From contig JAIOYZ010000019.1 in assembly GCA_021740845.1 (NCBI GenBank), positions 8,828-72,827 on the forward strand: 64,000 nt of DNA, read 5' to 3'. The translations under genes and the position numbers were made by a program. The notes beneath the pieces are model-generated. The model saw only the letters and a list, made by a program, of their open reading frames with translations. It made no database searches and was not told the DNA's origin. Of this stretch, positions 21,199-28,868 are shown piece by piece. Position 1 is the first letter of the stretch. Each line of letters begins with the position of its first letter. Source of the stretch: Bacteroidia bacterium. GTDB taxonomy: Bacteria > Bacteroidota > Bacteroidia > UKL13-3.

Positions 21199-22155
21199 AT
21201 GAAAAAAATGTTCCTAAAACTAGGTGCTGCGGCACTTTGCTTAATTGCACTTCAGGCAAAAGCACAAACAACTTCAACTTTTGAAGACTATACTTTATCA
21301 CCAAACAGCTATTATAATGGAGATGATTTTAAGGGTGGATTTAAGAGTGGAGATGCCCTTTTTACAAATATGCATGATTCTACATTTGGGCCTTATTGGG
21401 AAGGATTTTCGGTAAGCAATATGAAGGACGATTCTACATCTGGATATTTGAACCAATACAGTTCAATTACTGGAGGAGGATATCAATCTGAAAACTACGG
21501 AATCTTTTATGCGCAAGGAACGATTAAATTAGAAGGGGCGGCCCTTGGAAAAACCGTAAGTGGATTTTATATCACCAATGGAACGTATGCCTATTTTGAC
21601 ATGAAAGAAGGCAGTACATTTTCTAAGAAATTTGGAGGAAGTACTGGCAACGACCCCGATTATTTGCGAATAGTAATAAGCGCTTGGAAAGACTCTGGAA
21701 ATGCCGCAGATACTAGCATTGATGTTTATTTAGCAGATTATAGAAACAGTGATAATAGCAAAGATTTTATTTTAAAAGATTGGCAGTGGGTAGATTTAAA
21801 ATCATTTGGAGCTGTAGATAGTTTTGGTTTTTATTTTGAATCGAGTGATACAGGTGATTTTGGAATTAATACACCACGCTATTTCTGTATAGATAATTTT
21901 AACGGAACACCAACAGGATTGGTAAAAAACAAGGAAGAAATTAGGTTTACTATTTATCCAAATCCAGCTAAAGATATATTGGAAATTGCTAGTGAAAAAT
22001 CATTTGATAAAGCACGCATTTTTGATTTAAAAGGAAGTGTACTTTTAGAAACCAATACAAACAAATTGGATGTTTCCATTCTACCAAGTGGCATGTATAT
22101 TCTGCGCATAGAAAGCAACTTGGGAGTTAGCCAGAAGAAATTTATTAAAGAATAA
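21199..22155 (+). CDS. Secreted DUF4465-like protein with T9SS type-A C-terminal sorting domain, co-operonic with btuB.
   Basis: Signal peptide. The body resembles the DUF4465 family often found next to riboswitch-controlled btuB in Flavobacteriia/Sphingobacteriia (recalled from memory). C-terminus IYPNPAKDILEIASEKSFDKARIFDLKGSVLLE...LPSGMYILRIESNLG matches the T9SS CTD. Starts 2 nt after btuB. Confidence 0.6.
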   Translation: MKKMFLKLGAAALCLIALQAKAQTTSTFEDYTLSPNSYYNGDDFKGGFKSGDALFTNMHDSTFGPYWEGFSVSNMKDDSTSGYLNQYSSITGGGYQSENYGIFYAQGTIKLEGAALGKTVSGFYITNGTYAYFDMKEGSTFSKKFGGSTGNDPDYLRIVISAWKDSGNAADTSIDVYLADYRNSDNSKDFILKDWQWVDLKSFGAVDSFGFYFESSDTGDFGINTPRYFCIDNFNGTPTGLVKNKEEIRFTIYPNPAKDILEIASEKSFDKARIFDLKGSVLLETNTNKLDVSILPSGMYILRIESNLGVSQKKFIKE

Positions 22156-22160
22156 TTTGC

Positions 22161-23222
22161 ATGTTGAAAATACCTAGCATTCGCCAATTTATTAAAATTA
22201 GAAATCTTGCTTTAATAGCAGGATTTCTAATCTTTAATTCTTCCTGTGAGAAAAAGAATATTGCACCCAAAAATGAAGTGCAAATTACAGACACCACAGC
22301 CAAAGGTTTCTTTATTTGTTACGAAGGAAATTTTCAATGGGGAAATGCAGATTTGGGATTTTACGATACACAGAAAAATATTCTTCACGACAATATTTAT
22401 AAGGAAAGCAATGGCAAACAATTGGGAGATATTTTACAATCGATGGTGATTGAAAATGATATTGCTTATTTGGTAGTAAACAACTCGCAAAAAATTGAGC
22501 TGATGGATGCAAAAACTTATACAAGTTTGGGCAGCATTTCTGGTTTTAATTCTCCAAGATTTTTATTGCCTCTTGGTTCAAACAAAGCTTACGTGAGTGA
22601 TTTGTATGAAAATGCGGTATGGGTTGTAGATTTAAGCTTAAGGCAAATTACCAAGAAGATTGCTATTAAAGGATGGACAGAAGAAATGGTAGTGCATAAT
22701 AATCTTGTTTATGTTTGTGGCCTAGGCTCCAATTATGTATATGTTTTGGATGCGCAAATAGATGCTTTAGTAGACAGTATTTATATTGGTTATGGAGCCC
22801 AAAATATGGTATTGGATCAAAACGAAAATATATGGGTTTTAACCAAAGGAGAAAAACCAATACCAGCACAAATGCATTGCATAAAACCAGGAAAAGGAAT
22901 TGAAAAAACCATTAATTTTAATGCCAATGAAACCCCTACCCGATTGGTTTGTAATGGAAATAAAACCAAACTTTTTTGGATTAATAAGGATATTTATTCG
23001 ATGGGAATAAATGAAACTAGTATGCCAGTTTCTTCATTTTATGCGGCACAAGGAAAGAACTTTTATGCTATGGGATTTTTGCCAAAACAAAATCAATTAG
23101 TGGTTTCTGATGCAAAAGATTTTGTACAGAAAAGTGATGTATTTGTGATAGATAGTTTGGGAAATAAGGTATTACAAATGAAAGCTGGAATTAATGTTGG
23201 GTACTTTTTAGCAAACGATTAA
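22161..23222 (+). CDS. btuG: BtuG-like surface lipoprotein (YncE/YVTN-type beta-propeller), putative B12-binding accessory protein.
   Basis: Lipobox LIFNSSC, beta-propeller blades (YVSDLYENAVWVVDL, LVYVCGLGSNYVYVLD). It sits in the btuB operon, the BtuG arrangement described in Bacteroides. Confidence 0.6.
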   Translation: MLKIPSIRQFIKIRNLALIAGFLIFNSSCEKKNIAPKNEVQITDTTAKGFFICYEGNFQWGNADLGFYDTQKNILHDNIYKESNGKQLGDILQSMVIENDIAYLVVNNSQKIELMDAKTYTSLGSISGFNSPRFLLPLGSNKAYVSDLYENAVWVVDLSLRQITKKIAIKGWTEEMVVHNNLVYVCGLGSNYVYVLDAQIDALVDSIYIGYGAQNMVLDQNENIWVLTKGEKPIPAQMHCIKPGKGIEKTINFNANETPTRLVCNGNKTKLFWINKDIYSMGINETSMPVSSFYAAQGKNFYAMGFLPKQNQLVVSDAKDFVQKSDVFVIDSLGNKVLQMKAGINVGYFLAND

Positions 23223-23396
23223 ATGGAAAAAGAATCAAACAAAAACAGTTTTAATAACACAAAAAAGGAATTGAGTAAGGATGAACTCTATTATTATGAA
23301 AATGGCTTCTTAGTATTTAAGGAAGCATTTCATTTACAAAGAGGATATTGCTGCGGTAATGGATGCAGACATTGCCCTTACAAAAAGAAAAACTGA
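23223..23396 (+). CDS. Small Cys-rich protein (57 aa, CCGNGCRHCPY motif; DUF5522/CWC-like).
   Basis: ATG at 23223 overlaps the btuG stop (TAAATGG). The ORF is too short for the ORF track. C-terminal GYCCGNGCRHCPYKKKN is a conserved small-protein family signature. Confidence 0.45.
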   Translation: MEKESNKNSFNNTKKELSKDELYYYENGFLVFKEAFHLQRGYCCGNGCRHCPYKKKN

Positions 23397-23401
23397 TTTT
23401 A

Positions 23402-24649
23402 TTATTCTGCTATTTTTGCCAAGGTGTTTTTAGCAAATTTTTCAATGCTTAAGCCTTGAACCAAAATACTAAACACCACGCACACATAGGTAGCTAACAT
23501 TAAAATTTCTTTGGATTGGCTTGGTGGCAGCGACAATACTAAAGCAATAGACAAACCGCCGCGCAAGCCACCCCAGACAATTATTTTGGCCTCACTTTTA
23601 TTCAAGCTGGTACGTTTTGGAAAAAGTTTTTGGGGCACAAATACAATCAATAAACGGGAAAGAAAAACGATAAGAATACTAATTAAACTCAATAAGAAAT
23701 AATTGGGTGTAAATTGAATTTCAATGAGCACAAAAGCGATTATGATAAATAAGATTCCATTGAGAATAACATCCGCCAATTCCCAAAATTTGTGAACATA
23801 CTCTCGTGTGATATCACTCATGGCATTTTCTGTTTTGTAATTGCCCACCATCAAACCCATAATCACCATTGCCAATGCGCCAGAAAGATGAAAGAAGGCG
23901 CATAATTCATATCCACCCATTACAAAGGCTAAAGTCAACAAAACCTCCGCTTCGTAATTGTCTATAGACTTTAATAATCTGAATAAAATAAAGCCTAGGA
24001 TCAAACCAAAAAACACACCACCAACAGCCTCTTGGATAAATAATTCACCAAAATGTTTTAAATCTATTTCGTTGCCACCCAATTTCAAAGTATCTAAAAG
24101 AGCAATGAAAATTACAACGCCAATACCATCATTAAACAAAGACTCACCTACAATGATGGATTCAATTTTCCTAGGCACACCTGCTTTACTAAAAATACCT
24201 AAAACAGCAATTGGATCGGTAGGTGAAATTAGGGCACCAAAAATAAAGCAATAGATTAAATCCATTTGAATGTTTAGTAGAATGCTAATGCCATAAAACA
24301 TTCCACCAATTAAAAGTGTAGAAAAGATAACTCCACTAATTGCTAAGGCAGAGATGGTTTTTAGTTCTTTTTTTATGTTTCCCCAATCGGTATGTAAGGA
24401 ACCTGCAAAGAGTAAAAAACCTAGCATCATATCTAAAATTAATCCGCTGATATCTGTCTTTTCTACCAAAATGGAAATGCGAGAATAATACTGAACACCC
24501 CAAATTTTACTGATTATTACGAGGAGGGATAAAAGGCTAGAAAGAAAAAACAAGCCAATTACAAACGGCATTTTAATAAACCGGTGATTGATATAGGCAA
24601 AGGCTGCCGACATACAAATAAGAATAACTAATAAAGAATAACTACCCAT
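23402..24649 (-). CDS. Na+/H+ antiporter, CPA1 (NhaP-type).
   Basis: 415 aa polytopic membrane protein with a Na_H_Exchanger fold (GESLFNDGIGVVIF motif). Confidence 0.8.
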   Translation of the reverse strand: MGSYSLLVILICMSAAFAYINHRFIKMPFVIGLFFLSSLLSLLVIISKIWGVQYYSRISILVEKTDISGLILDMMLGFLLFAGSLHTDWGNIKKELKTISALAISGVIFSTLLIGGMFYGISILLNIQMDLIYCFIFGALISPTDPIAVLGIFSKAGVPRKIESIIVGESLFNDGIGVVIFIALLDTLKLGGNEIDLKHFGELFIQEAVGGVFFGLILGFILFRLLKSIDNYEAEVLLTLAFVMGGYELCAFFHLSGALAMVIMGLMVGNYKTENAMSDITREYVHKFWELADVILNGILFIIIAFVLIEIQFTPNYFLLSLISILIVFLSRLLIVFVPQKLFPKRTSLNKSEAKIIVWGGLRGGLSIALVLSLPPSQSKEILMLATYVCVVFSILVQGLSIEKFAKNTLAKIAE

Positions 24650-24764
24650 AAAATAAAGCTATAAACAAGGTAAATATAGGTAATTTGATTCAAGGTAATT
24701 TTTTTAGGTTTGAACCAAAAGAGGAGGAAGTAACTAGTGAAGGAACGAAAACATATTTTGGCGA

Positions 24765-25919
24765 TTAAAACGCCTCCGACATTGTGAAGTAAAGACCTTT
24801 GATTCCCTTTTCACCAAAACCTAAATCCAAGCGCATATTGATGTGCTCTTTTCTTACAGCCATTGCTCTAAAGCCAAAGCCATAATTGGGTTTAAAAGTA
24901 GAAAACAAATCTTTTGCATCTTCGCCTACATTTCCTCCACCACCAAAAAAGGCCATACCAAGCGGCCCCCAAATGGTTTTTCGCAATTCCAATTGAAAGG
25001 CAATCATATGGTGTTCGCGGTAACGACCATTATAATAACCACGCATGATCATTTCATTTCCCATGGTACCCATTTGTCGGTAAGGAACATCACCCCAGTT
25101 TAAGTTTGAATACAGTTGACCCGCCAAAACATTGTCTTTCCAAAGGGTGTGGTATTTTCTCAAATCAAAAGTAAGGTTAGTAAAATTGCTTTGACTCCAA
25201 GCTTTGGAATAGGCATAAGTAGAAATCTCTAAGTAGACCCCATTTTTTGGATAATAAATATGGGAACGATTATCAAAAGCCAAGGCCAATCCTAATCCCA
25301 AAGATTCGTAGCCATTTATTCCTTTAACCCCACTAGTTGGAGCCTCACTGGTATCACTAAATTTTAGCTCATACAATCGCTCTAGTTGCACCTGAGGACC
25401 CAAAAATAAATTAGGGAAAATCTGTTTGGTAAACCTTGCGTTGAAGCGATTTAATTTAAAATCGTACCATTCTGGTATGTTCTCTGTTTGGTTGCCAATA
25501 CCCCAATACTTCTCATTGAATTTATTGTAGATAAATTGCGCTTTGAGGTTGTATTCGTTGTTTTTGAAAAAGATATCGGCAGTGGGTCTAAAACTAAATT
25601 GTTTGTACTGGGTAAATTGGGTATTTAATCGAATTAAAGAAGGCCTAGTTATGCTATCCTTCGAAACCCTAAAAAGAGTACCTAATGACAATCCTAATTT
25701 CCAACCTGTTTCTGGCGCTAAGCCCCAGATAGGTAAAGCAAAATAATAGCGCTTTTTAGGTGCAGCAGAATCCCCTTCAATGATGCGGTAGATTCTATCC
25801 ACAAACACTTCCAATTTGCCTTTATCTTGTGCAGTTACTTTACCAGTAAAGCAGCAAAAAAAGCCAACAAATAACAGGATACGAATTGGGAGGATTTTAT
25901 TCTTTTTCAAGTTTTGCAA
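24765..25919 (-). CDS. Outer-membrane beta-barrel protein, Omp85/BamA-like surface-antigen family (hypothetical).
   Basis: Signal peptide, beta-strand-rich, C-terminal ...LDLGFGEKGIKGLYFTMSEAF ending in Phe as in Omp85-type barrels. Confidence 0.45.
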   Translation of the reverse strand: MQNLKKNKILPIRILLFVGFFCCFTGKVTAQDKGKLEVFVDRIYRIIEGDSAAPKKRYYFALPIWGLAPETGWKLGLSLGTLFRVSKDSITRPSLIRLNTQFTQYKQFSFRPTADIFFKNNEYNLKAQFIYNKFNEKYWGIGNQTENIPEWYDFKLNRFNARFTKQIFPNLFLGPQVQLERLYELKFSDTSEAPTSGVKGINGYESLGLGLALAFDNRSHIYYPKNGVYLEISTYAYSKAWSQSNFTNLTFDLRKYHTLWKDNVLAGQLYSNLNWGDVPYRQMGTMGNEMIMRGYYNGRYREHHMIAFQLELRKTIWGPLGMAFFGGGGNVGEDAKDLFSTFKPNYGFGFRAMAVRKEHINMRLDLGFGEKGIKGLYFTMSEAF

Positions 25920-25931
25920 ATCAAGAAAATA

Positions 25932-27482
25932 CTAAGGCAATAATCTACCATACATTCTAGGGAAAGGAATACTTTCTCTCACGTGTGGAAGTTTACATAA
26001 CCAGGTTACCAAACGCTCAAGACCTAAACCAAAACCAGCATGTGGCACAGTTCCATATCTTCTCAAATCAAGATACCATTCAAATGCTTCCATAGGCAAT
26101 TGGTGCTCATTGATTTTTTCGATTAACATTTTCTCATCGGTTTCACGCTCACCACCACCCACAATTTCACCATAACCTTCAGGAGCTAAAACATCCACAC
26201 CTCTAGCAAACTTAGAGTTTTCTGGATCACGTTTTAAGTAGAAAGCTTTTACTTCATGTGGCCAGTTATAAACCATAATTGGCACATCAAATAAACGGGT
26301 AATTACGGTTTCATCGCTTCCACCTAAATCGTTGCCGTATTCAAAGTTACGTGCGCTGTTTAACCATTGAGGAATATTGCGTTCTTGCTCTTCTAAATCG
26401 CCAAGTTCTTGTTTTAGCTTATCTATTTGTGCTTGGTTAAATCCAATTTCGCCTTTCTTCATACCCGGCACTTTTATTTTTTCTTCGCGCTCGGTAATTT
26501 CGGTTTGAACCGATTGAATTCTGGCTTTCACTTGGCTCAACTCATTTTCTAATGAAACAATAGAATTCTGACCATTTACATCTTGTTCGCCTTTGATAAT
26601 GCGAACAGCTTCATCATAAGATAAACGAGGGAATGGCTTTACAATTTTTTTCAATATTTCGGTATCTCTACCAATGATAGCCAATTCTTTTTCGCAGGAA
26701 TCTAAAACCGCATTAACCACAAAACGTAGGAAGTTCTCAATTAAATCCATGTTATCGAAAATATCGTAGAAAGCCATCTCTGGTTCTATCATCCAGAACT
26801 CACTCAAGTGACGTCTGGTTTTAGATTTCTCAGCTCTAAACGTTGGACCAAATGTGTAAATTTTACCCAATGACATGGCCATTGCCTCACCGTATAATTG
26901 TCCGCTCTGACTTAAATAAGCAGGGTCGCCGTAGAAATCGGTTTCAAATAAATTGCTTGTACCCTCGCAGGCATTTCCAGTAAACAAAGGAGCATCCATT
27001 TGCACGAAACCTTCTTTTTGGAAAAACTCATGGATGGAGAAAATTATTCGGTTACGAATGCGCATGATTGCCCATTGTCTTTGGCTACGTAACCACAAAT
27101 GACGCTTGTCCATTAAGAAATCAACCCCGTGTTCTTTTTTTGCAATTGGGTAATCAGCAGATGCACCAATTAGTTCGAGTCCTGTGGCTTGAATTTCAAA
27201 ACCACCCACTTGGCGTTCATCTTTCACCACTTTACCTGTAATTTTTACAGACGACTCCAAGGTAACTTTTCTAGCCTCTTCAAAAATAGCTTCACCTACA
27301 GTTTCTAAACTAATTACACATTGGCACCAACCAGTTCCATCTCTTAAGATTACAAACACCAAGCCTTTGCTTTCACGCTTGTTGCTAGCCCATCCCAATA
27401 AGGTAATTTCTTCACCTTCAAAATCACTCAAGTTTTTTATCAAATATTTTTGCACCGTACTAACTCCTATATTTTTATACAA
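25932..27482 (-). CDS. asnS: Asparagine--tRNA ligase AsnS, with a ~60-aa coiled-coil insertion.
   Basis: Class II motifs FRAEKSKTRRHLSEFWMIEPEMAF and GFGLGLERLV, with an N-terminal OB fold. 516 aa versus ~465 for canonical AsnS, because of the insert SLENELSQVKARIQSVQTEITEREEKIK...KLKQELGDLEEQER. Confidence 0.85.
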   Translation of the reverse strand: MYKNIGVSTVQKYLIKNLSDFEGEEITLLGWASNKRESKGLVFVILRDGTGWCQCVISLETVGEAIFEEARKVTLESSVKITGKVVKDERQVGGFEIQATGLELIGASADYPIAKKEHGVDFLMDKRHLWLRSQRQWAIMRIRNRIIFSIHEFFQKEGFVQMDAPLFTGNACEGTSNLFETDFYGDPAYLSQSGQLYGEAMAMSLGKIYTFGPTFRAEKSKTRRHLSEFWMIEPEMAFYDIFDNMDLIENFLRFVVNAVLDSCEKELAIIGRDTEILKKIVKPFPRLSYDEAVRIIKGEQDVNGQNSIVSLENELSQVKARIQSVQTEITEREEKIKVPGMKKGEIGFNQAQIDKLKQELGDLEEQERNIPQWLNSARNFEYGNDLGGSDETVITRLFDVPIMVYNWPHEVKAFYLKRDPENSKFARGVDVLAPEGYGEIVGGGERETDEKMLIEKINEHQLPMEAFEWYLDLRRYGTVPHAGFGLGLERLVTWLCKLPHVRESIPFPRMYGRLLP

Positions 27483-27594
27483 TAAGCTGCAAAAATAGGC
27501 ATTAGGGCTGGCAACTCAAAGAGTGCAAGGAGAAATTGTATGTTAAAAAAAGAGTAGGAATTGAAAGGTAAAAATAAAATTTATCCCCGATTAT

Positions 27595-27623
27595 CTAAAG
27601 TTCCACTTTCATATTTCGGCATT
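27595..27623. repeat. Copy 1 of a ~29-bp repeat flanking the DUF4143 ATPase gene (CTAAAGTTCCACTTTCATATTTCGGCATT).
   Basis: Direct comparison with 28837..28866 (TTAAAGTTGCACTTTCATATTTCGGGAAT) gives about 25/29 identities. A TACCTTTG box (TAnnTTTG-type) follows at 27628. Confidence 0.6.
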
Positions 27624-27640
27624 AATTATACCTTTGTTGT

Positions 27641-28822
27641 ATGATTACTAGAATATTAGAGCAAAAGGCAGAAAAACTACTAAAGCAATTTCCGGCAGTT
27701 GGAATTATTGGTCCGAGGCAATGCGGAAAAACCACAATAGCCAAGTTATTGCAGAAAAAGGTTGTTGGGAAGCAAGGTGTCTATTTTGATTTAGAGAGTC
27801 CAAAAGATTTTAGAAAATTTGAAAATCCGGAGTTGTTTTTAACTGCGCATCAAGACGATATGGTTATTATTGATGAGGTGCAACGCATGCCAGATTTATT
27901 TCCTTTGATGCGTTCACTAATTGATAAGAAAAGAAAACCCTCTCGTTTTTTATTGCTTGGTTCGGCCAGTCCAGAATTAGTAAAAGGGACTTCTGAATCT
28001 TTGGCAGGAAGAATTTACTATTTGGAAGCAACTCCACTCCTACTTGTTGAGTTGCCAGATAAAAGCAATACAGTTCAAAAACATTGGTTTAGGGGAGGAT
28101 TTCCAGATGCTTGGAAAGCCAAAAACGACGATTTATTTTTTAATTGGATGGATGGTTTTGCAAGAACATTTATAGAAAGAGATTTGAACCAATTATTCGG
28201 AATAAGTTTCTCACCTCAGTTAATGTTTAAATTATGGCGCATGTTGGCCCACCACCATGGAGGCATTTGGAACGCACAATCTTTTGCAAAAGGCTTAGAT
28301 GTTAGCTCCATAACAGTTAACCATTACCTAGATTATCTGCAAGGAGCATTTATGGTAAGGAAGCTACAACCCTATTTTCAAAACACATCCAAACGATTGG
28401 TAAAAAGTCCAAAGGTTTATATTAGAGACAGTGGTTTGTTGCACTATCTATTGGATATTCATCACGCAAAAAATCTACAGTACCATCCTCAATTGGGCTA
28501 CTCTTGGGAAGGATATGTGATAGAACAAATTATTAATTTATTACCCTCCACAGTTCAACCCTATTATTACAGAACTCATGATGGAGCTGAAGTAGATTTG
28601 ATATTGGTAAAAGGAATAAAACCTATAGCTAGTATTGAAATAAAATACTCAGAAACACCCAGCATTGGAAGAGGGTTTTCTGAAAGTATAAAAGAATTGA
28701 AGACAGAATTTAATTATGTGATAACAACAAGCCAAGAAAAGGAATGGCCTTTGAGCAAAAACATTACAGCTGTAGGCTTAAGAGATTTTTTAACAACAAT
28801 TCTAGGGAAGATAACAAAATAA
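27641..28822 (+). CDS. AAA+ ATPase, DUF4143-containing (COG1373-like ATP-binding protein).
   Basis: Walker A GPRQCGKTT and Walker B IIDEVQ, with a C-terminal DUF4143-like region. It is a paralog of the gene at 38672. Confidence 0.75.
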   Translation: MITRILEQKAEKLLKQFPAVGIIGPRQCGKTTIAKLLQKKVVGKQGVYFDLESPKDFRKFENPELFLTAHQDDMVIIDEVQRMPDLFPLMRSLIDKKRKPSRFLLLGSASPELVKGTSESLAGRIYYLEATPLLLVELPDKSNTVQKHWFRGGFPDAWKAKNDDLFFNWMDGFARTFIERDLNQLFGISFSPQLMFKLWRMLAHHHGGIWNAQSFAKGLDVSSITVNHYLDYLQGAFMVRKLQPYFQNTSKRLVKSPKVYIRDSGLLHYLLDIHHAKNLQYHPQLGYSWEGYVIEQIINLLPSTVQPYYYRTHDGAEVDLILVKGIKPIASIEIKYSETPSIGRGFSESIKELKTEFNYVITTSQEKEWPLSKNITAVGLRDFLTTILGKITK

Positions 28823-28827
28823 TTAAA

Positions 28828-28866
28828 CCCGAAATATTAAAGTTGCACTTTCATATTTCGGGAATA
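28828..28866. repeat. Copy 2 of the flanking repeat, embedded in a perfect 10-bp-stem hairpin (CCCGAAATAT...ATATTTCGGG). It is probably a bidirectional terminator between the convergent genes.
   Basis: Stem 28828-28837 pairs with 28853-28862. AT-rich runs lie on both sides. The genes 27641..28822(+) and 28869..31598(-) converge here. Confidence 0.55.
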
Positions 28867-28868
28867 AT

